Shown in pieces: positions 39,678-53,505 of a DNA stretch of 64,000 nucleotides. Origin of the DNA: Camelus ferus (lineage: Eukaryota); the NCBI RefSeq assembly GCF_009834535.1, contig NC_045696.1, forward strand, positions 87,422,001 through 87,486,000, read 5' to 3'. Position 1 is the first letter of the stretch, and each line of letters starts with the position of its first letter. Position numbers and translations under genes: made by a program. The notes under the pieces are model-generated. The model had not been told where the DNA came from and searched no databases. It saw nothing but the letters and a program-made list of their open reading frames with translations.

Positions 39678-39889
39678 TTAGTATTATTTTGCAAGTGCTG
39701 TCTACTTAACAGACTCCCTAAAAGTGTCTCTAAGATCACTGATGATTAGGAAACTTATGAAGAAAAAGAAAGGAGTTTCTTGTCTACCAATCAGAAAATA
39801 GATGGGTATTGGTATTTAAAATAATTATTAATAATTATTTTAAAATAATTATTACTAATTTTGTAATAATTATTACAAAATAATACTAA

Positions 39890-40280
39890 GATGTTACTTA
39901 CGTTTTTTATATTTATTCTCTCTTGAGTGTACAGGTGAGTTTTCCAAAAGTTGTATAGCTTGTGATTATTGCAACAGCTCCAGTGCAGAAGTAGATAGGA
40001 TAATCCAGCTGTTTTCTACTAAGGTGGACCTTAAAGAAATTTGCAAAAAAAAAAAAAAATGTATATGCCAGTCTTCTTACTAATTATTTTTGTTTGGGAT
40101 AACCTTTATTTTCATTAAAAATTATTTATGATTTTATGTATTGTGTTTATAATGGTTATTTTAATATTTATATAGTAAATGTTGATAAATATAGCCTATA
40201 TAAACAAAAGTTCTTTGGAATTTTAAAAAGTATTAAAGATTGTAAAGTTGTATTAACACCAAAAAGCTAGAGAACAACTG
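39890..40280. mobile_element. Charlie1-like terminal fragment
   Basis: tgcagaagtagataggataatccagctgttttctactaag...aaagaaatttgcaaaa and terminus accaaaaagctagagaacaactg. Confidence 0.8.
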
Positions 40281-40539
40281 TGGTATACTATGCTGTGTAA
40301 ACTGATGCGAATATTTTTGAATGGGGCCTGATTCTTATTGAATCAAAGAATATTTAAATCATATAAAAATAATTTTACTAAGCTTCTTTACATGGATACA
40401 TGGTTATCTGTATGGGTTTATTAAGAGTCTGTCTTGTTTTTATCTTTCATAATTAACCAAATTAATTTTGCAGCCAAAGCCATATCTAGAGCATCAGTTA
40501 AAAAAAAGCCTCATTTAATCATATATAAACAGCACACAA

Positions 40540-41900
40540 TCAAAGAAGAAGGATTACATTTGTAGCAAGTCCTAGAAGAAATACGAAAAGGAGCAACAGG
40601 TAAGGCAGGGTACAGTACTCTCAAATGAATAAAAACGAAAGCCAATATTACAAAGGACAATTTAAGAACAAAAGATTTCTCTAAAATACTGCAGAAAAAA
40701 AATCAGTCTTGCCTAAAATCCTAAACCCATAAATAAAGGAAAATATAAAAAAGGAAAATATAAAAATTTAGAAAAATTAAGTTGGGAAACTCCACCGTTG
40801 AAGAACATTGGTAGACAAAATAGTAAGAATAATTCTGTAGAGAGTTCTTTAGGCATAGGGAACATGACAGCAGATGGCAAAGTACACATTAAGTACATTC
40901 AGAAGGAAATAAACAAGAGAACCAGGAAACCACAGTTTATATAGATAGACAGATAGATATAGATAGACAGATATATGATAGATATAGATATATAGATATT
41001 TAGATATATATAATCTCATGGGATTTAAAGTATGTGTTGTATTAAAATGCACAATAAGTGTACAATAAAATTGCATGAAAGTTGGGGGGCAAACAAAGAT
41101 ACAGAATGCTAGGTTCTTGCTTTGGGGCATGATGAATGTGATTATTGACATTAAGCTCAAAAAGTTAAGAATGTATGTTTGTTTTATTTCTAAACTGTTC
41201 ACCAAAATAATGGTATAGGATGTATAACTAACAAGTTAATACACAGAAAATATTTAGGAAAAAATTTTTAAAGAAGCAAAAATGGAACATAGAGACAGAT
41301 GGGACAAATATAAATCTAAGACTCAACTTTTATATTTAAATTATAGACAACGATAATATGACAAATAGTAAGACCAGATTTTTTTCAGTGTTGCTTACTA
41401 AAGAGACACATCTTAACCATAAGGATACAGAAAGGCTGAAATAAAATGATGGTAAAATACATACCATGTAAACAGTAACCAAATAAATCTGTTGTAGTTA
41501 TGTTTATATCAGAATGTGTAGATTTTTGAGATAAAAGTAAAATAAAATATTCATAAAAATATCAAATTCAATATGTAATTATAAATTCTAATTTTGTGTG
41601 TATTTAACATCAAGAAGTAAAATATTAAAACTTGGCTGATGTAAAGGAGAAATTAAAAAAATCTACCATCTTCTAAGAAATATGAATAAAGCTTTCTTGA
41701 AAACTGATAAAACTGATTGAAGAAGTCTTAAAAAACTCTGCAAGAATATAGTTTAGACAAAACAAGCAAAAATTGGATTTGACTCTTAAGTGCCAATTAT
41801 ACATTCTTTGGAAGATACATGGAATATTTACGTTCTCATCAAGTTAATTTCATAAAAATGAAACAAGAAAAAACAAAAATATAACTAGATACAAATTTGC
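40540..41900 (+). mobile_element. Degenerate L1ME-like region with an internal (TAGA/TA)n microsatellite at about 40940-41010
   Basis: aaagagacacatcttaaccataaggatacagaaaggctgaaataaaatgatgg...ataccatgtaaac resembles the L1 endonuclease region. Confidence 0.6.
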
Positions 41901-44900
41901 AAAATCATTGAAAGTGATTAATTCCAAGTGGCAACAACACAGATGCTTGATATTCTTTTTTACCACATTCAGTTGTTTGAAAGATATGGCACAGCTCAAT
42001 TCTGAAAGGAAATTTGGAATTGTATGATTCAGGATTGATGAGATACAAAAGAGTTCCAGGGCAGTAGGTACATGGAACCAGAGATTAGTCCCCTAGAGTG
42101 CCTCCATTGGTATTAAATTATATTGGATAATTTGGATATTTTAATATTTTAAATTCCAAATTAAAGCATCTGGGTAATATCACATGGTTACATGCCCACT
42201 CTTGGCCAGTGAACATAGGAAAACTTGATTAGCTTTACTAAAAATAAAGATTTATTGGTTATTTTCACAATTGAGAGATATTGCCCCCAAAAAGGAATAG
42301 GAAACCAATTAGGCAAAACCACAGGTGTTCTTCCCCCTCCCCCAATAGGTTTTGGAAGTGAAAGATTAGGGTATTGATTTGAGGTATTTATTATTTTATA
42401 ATGTAGGGTTTTATAACTATTTATTTCACTCTCAGATGTGATTTATGTGCCTTTCATATGTTCCATTTCCTCCAAAATATGAAGCCAAATTACTTGTCCT
42501 CATTTTTCAAAGTCTTTCATAATTTGAACACACACTCTTTCTTCTTGAAAAGTCCCTCCTCTTTCAGCTCCTAGAAATCGTAGTACTCAATAGCTTTACT
42601 TTTTTGCTATACTTTTGTGCATGTCTTTCTCCTACCAGCTAAACACTATTTTTGGTGTCCTTATATTCTCTTCCACATGCTCTTCCTTTTGTCTGCTCAT
42701 ATTACATTTATTAGATCACACATTTATCACTAAAGTCAATTTAATTTCTCAAATTTTAATCTCGCATTTCAGAGATTCAGTTGTACACTTTTACCTGGAA
42801 AACTCCATAAACCTTCAAATAATTCTAAAATAAAGTATTCCACCCCCTGCTCTCAAACACGGAGCCTCTTCTCAATTTGTCTCTTCCCTTCCTCCCTCCC
42901 TCTCTCTTTCCTTCCATCCTTCCTTCCCTTTCTTTCTTCTTTTTCCTTGTCACACTAAGTAACCTAAGAAACATATTTTATAGATACTTCAATACTCTTC
43001 TTTACCATTCAAATTTAGCTTCAACCTGAATTCTGTCATTTCTATTTAAATCATAATTCTGTAACACTTGTGAATGTTATCTGAATTTTTAATATAAGAA
43101 TAATGAATGTCCTTTGAAATCACTATTATTTTCACAGTAATGATGCAGAAAGTATTGATAACCAGAAAAATGAAAAGACATTTGCTGGCTGATTTCCTAC
43201 ACTGGTTCATTTATAAAGGTTGGTAATTGTACTTAAAAGTTAAAGTAGGCTATAATTAATATTTGCATTCATTTTGCACTTCTTAAAATGCAGATTTTAT
43301 TTTTAAATGACTAATGTAATTCCATCATTACATGCATATGAGTATTAATTTTCTTTTATTAAGCCAAAATAGGCAATACAAGGACTTAAATTTTATTTTC
43401 CTAAAACATTTTATATTATTAAATAAGAGTATCAGTTTTTGAATATAAAATAATTTTTCACCGTTTCCAGTTTTATTTTGTGTAAGTATAAATTTAAAAG
43501 TCTATAACAAAGTTGATACTGCAGTCATTTAAGTTATATTTATTACTTTCAGGTCCCTTCAAACAAAATATCTGAAAACTAGTAATAAAAATTTCTTTGG
43601 CTGACATTAAAATATCAAAGACAGGTAACAGTATTCCTCAAACAGAAATACTTACTGGAATGATCTTCATTCAACTCATAAGAAAACATGGAAGTGAAAG
43701 TCAGTGAGGGGAAGCTGGTTTTGTTTTGAAAATATGTTATTTCCTTCTCTTTCTTAGAAGCTAAGATTTTATTACCATTTTATTTATAAAAAATAGAAAT
43801 GCATCTTATTATAACATGGGGGTTATGTCCACCACTGCCTAACCTAAAGGATAATTCCTAACTGAGAATTTCTACCTCAGTCATAAAGTAAGGTTTTCCT
43901 TTATGTTGTCATTCTAAGGCTGAAAAATTTACCAAATCTTGTTCTGAGAGGACTAAGCTTGTCCAGGCAGACAGCACTCAGGAGAGTTTGATGCTGTATC
44001 CTTCTACTCTGCTCCCTGTCGTCAAAATTTCCCCCTTTTCCTCCACTCCTTTCTTTCCAATCCAGTTCAACCCTCCACCTTATCTATTTCAGGCAAGCAT
44101 GTTTCAAATCTTTCTGTCGTCTACTTAGGCTAGAAAACTTTAGTGTATACATTTCTATTTCAGTGTGAGCACGGGATGGATAAAAGTTCCCTTGGGTTCT
44201 CAGTGAAAGAATAATGAGAATGGGAAATATTCACTAAACTCACAGATTAATTCCTGAAGATATAATTCTGCCATCCCGAGTACTTTCAGACTTAAAACTC
44301 TAGGCTACAAAATCTGATGATCCCAGAATTTAAAGCAGAAGAGTGATACAGACACAGAACAGACTTGGAAACTGTTAAGGTAGTGCTGGGAGAAAAGACT
44401 TAAATGAGCAATGGTAAATAAGAGCATAGGTGAGCAGATGAGTTTAAGAGGAGATAAACAATGGGCATTCAAAAAGAAAGACTTGATACTGACAAAGCAG
44501 GTCACAGAAGTAGGTCAAAATTATTACAAATAAAATCAGATAACCAGTAAGAAAAGCAAACTAAGAACCAGAAAGACAGTGTGGGCAGACACCACCAAAC
44601 AGGAGCCTGTTTGTGCAATCTGAGCTGCATAGAATTGACACACATAGGCGTAAAGAAGGTGAAAAAGGCCAGTAATTCCAGGCAAGACATTTGGGGAACA
44701 GGAAGGGTGACTAGCTAAACATAAATACTTACATACAAGCCCATTTCTCCCCACATAAAAAATCTTTATACTCTTTCTCTCAGAAACTAATCAAAGATGT
44801 AGATAGTATAACATTCATATTCTAATTAAATTTTCTTTCTTAAAACTAAATGTATCATTATAAAGACCAAGGAAAAAACAAAAATTATAAATAGTAAAGC

Positions 44901-47755
44901 TTATTTAATAACAGATGTAATTTAGAATAGAGTATGTTAACCTCCTAATTATAACTCTCTAATATTTACACTCTACAATGGAAAGAGAGAGACAAAAATA
45001 CACTTCAGATTAGGCTGCAGCAGTTAACTAGTCATCCAATAAGCTGTCAGGTGGCTCACAACTCTACTGGCATCAAGTATTGTCCAAGAATCATCTTTAA
45101 GGATTTTAATTTCCTTAATTTTTTTCCAACTAAGAATGTATTAATTTTAACTATTACTCCATTAGGACAAATACCATTTGTTTGACAAACCCTCCATGAT
45201 GTCACACAGGTAAATACCAGGTAGACTTAAAAACTTGCATTTAATTTCTCATGTATTTTACATCACAGAATTTCTCAATTAATTGGAAATTTCCTTGGCC
45301 AGGACAAAACACAAGCATCAAGATATTTGGATACATACTAATACCAGAAAATATTAGTTACTAACCACAGTCATGTCTAGTTTTATTCTGCTCAATTAGC
45401 ATAACTACTTGTAGAAATATCAGTGGTTTCCAAAATTCCTATATTAAATCCTTAAGGCATCCTTTAGAAGTAATTTTTTTCTTAAACAAATTTGATTAAT
45501 ATTTCGTATTATTCACACTGCATGATACAAAAAACCCTAAAGTCTCAGCAGTTTTTTGTTTTGCTTTGTTTGAGGCAGAAAATGTTGCCCAGGTCACATG
45601 CATCTCAAGAACCCCTGGGAGAAGAATAAAATCACTCTATGATTTTTACAGCCGACCTCTAACCTTACTAGGGAACTATTAGGACAAAGGGAAAGATATC
45701 AAAGCAAATGTATCTTATATGCCTATAAATGAGCTTGGAAGGGTGTGGATAAAATTCACAAGTTACTCAGACACCCAAAAGCTCCATCCCATTCCACCCA
45801 TTCCAAATTCATTACCATCGTGCTGTACCATAGGTCCACTTTGATCAATTTAAAATCACATTTCACAATTCTCCCCACCAGCCTATCCTTGAAGTACAGG
45901 ATACTCCTAAGTACTGGAGCTAAGATATAAAAACATGAATGTTTGAAAAATAGGGAACTAAGCTCCAATTTAAAGAGAATCTTTTGATGTTTGAAGAAGC
46001 CACTGTCAAACATAAAGAAAACTGTGATCAGAAGAGACATTAAATATAGCCTTTGATGACATTATTTATGAGAAGCACTTTTAAATAAAAAAAAAGGTAC
46101 ATTTATCTGTTGGCGCTTCTTTACTATCACTTTGTGTATGTCAGTATAAAATATTAATGTAGAAAGGTTACTTCAGATGAATTCCTCATCTCAACAATTC
46201 CTGATACCTCATGCCTGGATGTCTAACCTCTGGCCTGTTTTCTGGTATGTAAGTAGATGACAGGCTTATGTGCCCTTTCTAACCCTGAGACACCTCCTGA
46301 TGATAGCTTACGATTTTGAGCAAATGAAATTGTAAATATATAAGTTGAACTACTAGACTAGTCATTCACTATGGTCATTAATCATTATGAGCACTAGGCT
46401 AGAAATAATAATTTCCTAAGAGGCTTAAGGCATCATGAAAGTAGATGTTCACATTAACACTGGCTCTCATTCCTATTTTCACTCATAATATATATATTTA
46501 TAATGAAAGTTTAAAATGTGCTCAATACTCATCAATTCACTTACCTGCAATAATATTTTTAGATTGTGACTCCAAGTTTCTGAATCTTAAGTCTTTTCAA
46601 AATTGATAACAATATGCTGGCCCCAAAGAAATGTCAGGCATAACAAATAAACTAGTACTAAAATTTTAATGAAGAGAGTTTATTAGTTAATTATACTATC
46701 ATATATGCGGCTACTACCTACTGAGATATGTAATTTAATTCATTTAATCTTTGCCTCAATTTTACACAGTAAATATTAGAGTAATTATTATCCTTTTTTA
46801 GCTAAAAATTTGAGCATAACAAAAATTAAGTTGCTACACAACTTCAAATATGGATTCAGATATGAAACCAAATGCTATTTGATTTGGTTATTCCAAATAT
46901 TCAGTGAACTGAATTAGGTTAGACTTCTGAAGAAATGTGTTTGTTCCATTTCAGGTCTTGCATATTGAGAGAAATATACAAATCTGAACGAATTCCAGAG
47001 ATAGTACTGAAGCAAGAAATAGGAAAATATGCAGCATCAAAATTAGGTTTTCAAATTTTTGTCTCTCCTTTGAAAAAATTTTACAGAACAGTGAGAATTT
47101 TCTCATTATTTCTAATCACAGGAAATGTTCTGGTGAAATATGTTAGAGAAACTTGTTACCTACTCATTGTATGTTACTAGAAAACTATAATCTCCAAATT
47201 TTTAGATAGATGATTATAACTCTAGAAATACTATCCAAACTGTCAATCAACAAAGAAAAATATTAGTTGTGGAAAAGTAAAATGTAGAAAAATGTATATT
47301 TTCAATGTTCAGCCAAAAATTGTGTTCCATTGCTCATTATAAAAGAAGAAGTTGAGAGAAAAATAGAAATGTTGGGAAACATCTTTATTATAGAAGGGTA
47401 AGATATCATTCATGAACATCATGGTCTTCCTAAAGCCAGCATGAAAACCTGAGTCCCTGTCTCAGAATTATGGTGGCCAAGTCACGATATTTCTCTGAGT
47501 CTTATTTTCATCAACTGTAAAGTTACAGGTAGACTTTCTCTCTCTCCCAGTATTTCCTGGAAGCAAATATTATAATTTCTTATAAGCCCTTAATAAATAA
47601 ACTCTACCACATTTATTTTCAGTGGAAAATGGTATGGTGCTCTTAGGAAGGTTGTCAAATGCTACAAACATTGAGCATTCTTACCTCTCTGGACACCTGA
47701 AAATGTAATACTCTTTGTTTAAAACTGTTTTTTTAGAGATTCCTAATATGGTAGA

Positions 47756-48132
47756 TGCTATGAGCTGAATATTCGTATTCCTTCCAAATTCATATGCTGA
47801 AGATCTAACCCCCCAATGTGATGGTATCTGGAGAAATGGCATTTGGGAGGTAATTAAAGTTGGGTAAAATCTTGAGGGTCATATGGCCCTCATGAGTGGA
47901 TTAGGGCCCTTCTAAGAAGAGATGCCAGACAGCTTGTTCTCACTCTCTTCCATACAGGACACAGAGAGAAGGTGGCCATCTGTGAGCCAGCAAGACAGCG
48001 ACTGCCAGAAACTTACCATGCTGGCACCCTGACCTCAGATCTGAACTCCAGAACTGTGAGAAAATAAGTTTCAATTTTTTTAAGTCACCAATCAGTGGTA
48101 TTTACTTATGGCAGCCCTAGTAGACTAAGACA
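47756..48132 (+). mobile_element. MLT1A-like MaLR solo LTR, full length
   Basis: tgctatgagctgaat...ttatggcagccctagtagactaagaca with an exact 5-bp TSD gtaga on both sides. Confidence 0.93.
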
Positions 48133-49239
48133 GTAGAATACGTTATAATGATGATGTTTCAATTTTGTTGTTTAAAAATAAAAACAAAACTAGGATTGGG
48201 TTATTATGTCTGGATACTATAGACTTTTACCATTCTTACAAATGAAACATTTTTATTGTGAATTCTCAACACAGAACTGTAATTCAAAACTAACTCATAG
48301 TTAAAAGGAAAATAAATAACTCCATGAGTTACTTATTAACTGTTGCAAGTGCAATAGTAAAGTTCTCAAGAGTGGGGAAATGTTCTATCTTCAGCCAAAA
48401 TCATTCAACCGTAACTCGATCAAAGATAATATGCAGAATGCTGCCTTCAGTGAGACCACAGGACCAGAAGGCTTCCAATGGATACAAGCCAGTTCTGAGC
48501 CCTGCAGCTGATGGGAATTATCTCAGCACTTCAATTGCTGTTCTTTCCAACTCTTCTTACATATTAATGTCTACTTAAGTTCCCAAAGTTGCCCAAATGC
48601 CATTTATGTGGAGAAATGCTGTTTCTTTTTAAAGCAGAGTGAACTGAAAATCCCAAAAGAAACTAGGAGGAATTGTTCAAGTGACTCAATCAAATTTATC
48701 GATTGAATTTTCTGTTTTAACCAGGATCATCAGAGTGGAGTGATAAAGAGAAAACATGAATTAAAGCCAATGTTTCCCTGGTAATGTATTACTGGGGAGC
48801 AGAAATTAGTAGACAGAGAAATCACAGCTAATAGTTTGAAAGGAGATTATATAAATGACCTAGTCTATTTCAATAGCTCTTTCTTCCATAATATACTTAT
48901 GTTATTCTTCTAGTACATCTTGGAAATCCTCCTACTTTCCAGGTATGGACTGAAAAATCACTAATTCACATAGCTTACAACCTCTATTTTATACTAATGG
49001 ACCAGATTGACATGAAAAAAATTTCATCAAAAAGTAAAAAATATTACCTTTGTTTGTATATTAATAAGATTTTATTTCATATTTGTTAATTTTTATTTAG
49101 AAAGTAAATGAATGTCTTGAATCTATGCAATTTTATTTCATTCTTTAATAATTTTAAAGTGTGTCTCTGCTATGTTTCAAATTGTTTTTCATGGAAACTA
49201 AATTCCTTACTTTTTTTCCTTTTCATATTTTTTGTATTC

Positions 49240-49330
49240 TAGGTTATGACAAGATATTTATTACAGTTCCCTGTGCTATATGGTAGAACCTTGTTGTTTA
49301 TATTTTTTATATATAGTACTTTGTATCTTT
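49240..49330 (-). mobile_element. Short artiodactyl L1 3' fragment
   Basis: cagttccctgtgctatatggtagaaccttgttgtttat. Confidence 0.75.
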
Positions 49331-51038
49331 TATCAGATCATTTTAAGAGATATTTCACTGTTTTTATGAATTAGTAAACTAATTATAACAAAAATTTTAT
49401 AGTGCTGAAGTATATGAAAATATCATCTTGAGAAATACATACTGCCCTGGATTTCAGATGAACATAACTGGATATTTTAACTGTATAGAATTAAGATATT
49501 TAGTGGACTCAAAAGAAAATAATTCATTATATTGTTATATAATCAAAATGGACTTTATATTCAAAGAAGAATCCTCTTTCAAGTTTTCTCTAGGATATGT
49601 TTACATGCAGTTTCAGAAATTAAATATTCTCATTTATTTCTACCATGCTTCCCATATAAAATTCTAGATGATTATACCCATAAACTCCAGGTAATTGAAT
49701 AAAAGCAATTTTCCATTTCTATAGAAGAAAGGCTTTTAAAATTCCTATTGATCCTTTACTTCCTATGTAAAATCATATGGTCAAATTGAGTTCCTGTAAA
49801 AACTGGTACATTTTAACTCACATTTAGTACCATCGTGCTTTCAAAACCACAGCATAATTTCCCTCTAAATGCTCTTTGTATTAAAAAAAAAAAAGCATTT
49901 TAGTACATTATCCCATTTTCAAAAACATTTATTTTGAAGTAATCAAAGATTCACTATACGTTGCAAAAAAAAAAGTTCAAGGAGGTCCTGTATATTCTTA
50001 TTCAGCCTGTTCCAAAGATAACATCTCATGATTAAAGTATAACATCAAAACCAGAAAGTTGGTATTATTAGTTATACCCACTCATTGCTGAGAAAAATGA
50101 ATTAATAAATTTTCTCTAAACCTTTTCCATTTTACACAAATACATCTTTACATATGTAGGTGTATAAATATGGGTGTGCATGTGTGAATGTGTGTATAAA
50201 TAACTATTAAATATCTGAAAATTAGCTCTCTCTTCCCTACTTCTTTCACATAGTATAAGTATTCATTTATAAGTGCTACTGTTTAAGACTATTCTTATCC
50301 AAATATTGAAATCATACTACATTTACAATCATCCTTTGCTTCTTTGTCTTACTTCTTCTAAAGGTAAGTTTCTCAATAATAATTAACTGGACAATAAGAA
50401 TTCTTCATCTGGACTTAATATAATGTGATGAATTTAATATTGTTTCAGGTGTCTAAAAATGCTCTCAGAAATACCACATTGGGAGGACAAGTTAGGGATT
50501 TGTTTGCTCTTAAAGAATCTGGAACAAGTACTTCATATAAAGTTTTCAGGAAACTAGTAATATTTAATAACGTATTATACAGCTCCTCCTTGGAATTTAC
50601 TTAAGAGTTTAATGTTTCATTGTCATTTCCAGTATTAGTTACCAATATCCATACATGACAGTATTTATAAAGTTATTTTTTAAGTCATTAATTTCATAAT
50701 TCTCATGACAATGGTATGGCTAAATTTCACATTCCAGTTTTTGTGGAATAAATTATCTATAACACTGATGTGAAATTAACAATAAAACAAATATTCTGGT
50801 TTTTTTCCCTTCTATTAATCTGCCTAAGTAATCTTGGATTTGAGGTCCAATGTGCTGTATTTTACATTTATCCCCTTATTTAGACATGAGTAGGGAGGTA
50901 CCAATTTCATTTTAGGCTTCGAGTTTCTTCAAGACTGGCTGTGTTTATAAAGCATCATTAGTTTGACAGCAAGCAGAAGGAGCCTGGGCATCTTTAGTTT
51001 TGTGTCAGAAAGGAAGATGAGAAAAAAAAATTACATTG

Positions 51039-51097
51039 GGATGTGGACAATATTTTCTGTTTTCAGGATGTGGACAATATTTTCTGTTTTCAGGATG
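51039..51097. repeat. Perfect 27-bp tandem duplication (about 2.2 copies)
   Basis: ggatgtggacaatattttctgttttca twice, followed by ggatg. Confidence 0.95.
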
Positions 51098-52291
51098 CGA
51101 ACCAAGAAGAGAGGCAGAAAAGTACGGGGCAAAGCTTTAAATCCATTCAAGCTTTAATATTTCTAACTTGCTGAGGTTTTTAGGAATGACAGAATACATT
51201 TACAGGCAATCTGAAACTGGATAAATGGAGAAAATTATACCATTGGTCAGTCTGTTTGATAGTGCCCAAGGAAATATGACCAGATTGGTGAGGGTCAGTA
51301 GAAAGGAAGAATGGCAGGATGATAGGATTAGGAGATTTTCTCGCTCTTTTAATGTTTCCAATATCCATGCACGTTTGCCATTATTACCCTTACTTTAAAA
51401 CTACAAAAAAGGAAAGTTTAGGGAAGTTAAGTAACTTACCTAAAGCTGCAAAGGTAGCAATGATCAAAGTCAGAATATGAATTTAATTGTGGGTTCTCCA
51501 AAAACCTCCAAATTGTTCCTTTCCCTGTAGCAACGGGAGACTTCTTTGTTTTCAATAAATTCTGAAAAATAAATATAAAAAGACATAATTATTATTTTTG
51601 GATTAATGTCAAATCAATTCATATGAAGAGAATAATGAGGCTGTTTTCTAGGAACATGACAATTAGTAAAAAGGAATACGTTCAAACAGTTCTAATAATT
51701 GAATTATATGTATGATTACAACCTCCAGAACTCTAGGTGGGCCAGGTATTCATCACCGACAGATACTTGACCAATCACATATACCCTCTCACACACCTGT
51801 CTAAACTCTCACATTCCTGTCTACATTATCCATCTGGGACTTTTCTTTCCATATCATTACTGTCTATTCTGTGAGTACTTCAAGAATCTCAACTGATGTT
51901 TTGGGAAATTAAGAGGACGCTGATGAATGTTCTGGATCATTGACATGTGTTAGAGTTGATGGGTGTTGAGCCAAATTTCACAGGACATGAAATTATTCTT
52001 CTGCTAGTTAATGACCAGGCCCCAGAGGCAGCACGTTCCTTGTAAGCCTACCGAAAACCTCACCCAACCATTACAAAAATGGCCTCTGTATTCACACAAG
52101 GAGGATATCACATGTTTACTTGAGTGACAAATTAAAAAAAACAAAAACAAAAAAAACTGAACATGGTTTCCCTACTGTATTATTGTTGTAATGCTCCCAA
52201 TTTGCCTCTAGGCAAAATGTGAACTTCTATGTTTACCAAAGGAATACTTGGGAATTGTGGGATAAAAACAAAACACAAAAGTACATATTCT

Positions 52292-52448
52292 GTGGTATAT
52301 TTATACAATGGAATACAACTCAGCCATAAAAAAGAATAAAATAATGCCATTTGCAGCAACATGGATGGACTGAGCAATCATCATTCTAAGTGAATTAAGC
52401 CAGAAAGGGAAAGAAAAATACCATATGATATCACTTATATGTGGAATC

Positions 52449-52479
<31 letters not shown>

Positions 52480-52789
52480 ACACTATGAACTCATCTACCA
52501 AACAGAAACAGACTCGCAGACATACTAAACAATCTTCTGGCTACCAGGGAAAGAGGGTAGGAAGGGATAAATTTGGGAGTTTGAGATTTACCAATGTTAG
52601 CCACTGTATAAAGATAGATTAAAAAAAAGTTTCTTCTGTACAGGACAGGGAACTATGTTCAATATCTTGTAATAACATTTAATGAAAAAGAATATGAAAA
52701 TGAATATATGTATGTATATGCATGACTGGGACATTGTGCTCTACACCAGAAATTGACACACTGTAACTGACTGTACTTCAAATAAAAAA
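52292..52789 (+). mobile_element. Young camelid L1 3' end
   Basis: gccatttgcagcaacatggatgg, cacttatatgtggaatctaaaa, gactgtacttcaaataaaaaa; TSD aaaagtacatattct/aaaagtgtatattct. Confidence 0.93.
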
Positions 52790-53009
52790 GTGTATATTCT
52801 AAGATCCTATGTCAGTGTAGCTACGCACATGTATATGTAACCCAGTCAGTGATACAAGTGCTCATACACACATACATATGCACATTATATTAAAAATATA
52901 CACTAGAATATGAGCTCCAAAGAGGGCAGGGACTGTCTCACCTTTGTGTTCTGAACACAAGGGTACTTACCACAGAAAAAAACATTTCTTAAACAATCCT
53001 GTATCCTGG

Positions 53010-53505
53010 TTGTATATGTTGGACATTTGGTTTCATATGTCCTAGATATTTTCTCTGGGCCCCTTAAGATCCACTTGCCACTGTCCACCACTCTTCTCTG
53101 TACCATGTGGAGCTAACTCCAGGGACTTCGTCAAAGGGCTTTCTTGCCCTCTGGCTTCCAGTATGGTTTAATCATTGGTTATCATTTGCTAGAGACTGGA
53201 GGACATGGAAAAAACATATTCCCACCTCCTCCCTCCTTGAAGGTTCCTAAGAGATTGGCACAGGTCTCTACCAAAGGCCACAGCTTCTGTCAGGGAGGTC
53301 ATGCAACCCTCAGAGCTATACCTCTTCTTTCTCAGTCTCAGGGACTGTTCCCTCCAGTCGTATCTGAAGCCTACAGATGGTTGAAGCTCCAGATAATTTA
53401 GGTCAACCCTTTATAGTCCCCATTAATCCCAGCTACATCTTCATAAATAATTCCTTTATTAAACTCCATTCATTTTAAAATTTGATTATGCCACATGTCT
53501 CCAAC
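53010..53505 (+). mobile_element. LTR33-like ERVL LTR
   Basis: tcaaagggctttcttgccctctggcttccag and taaataattcctttattaaactcc motifs. Confidence 0.65.
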
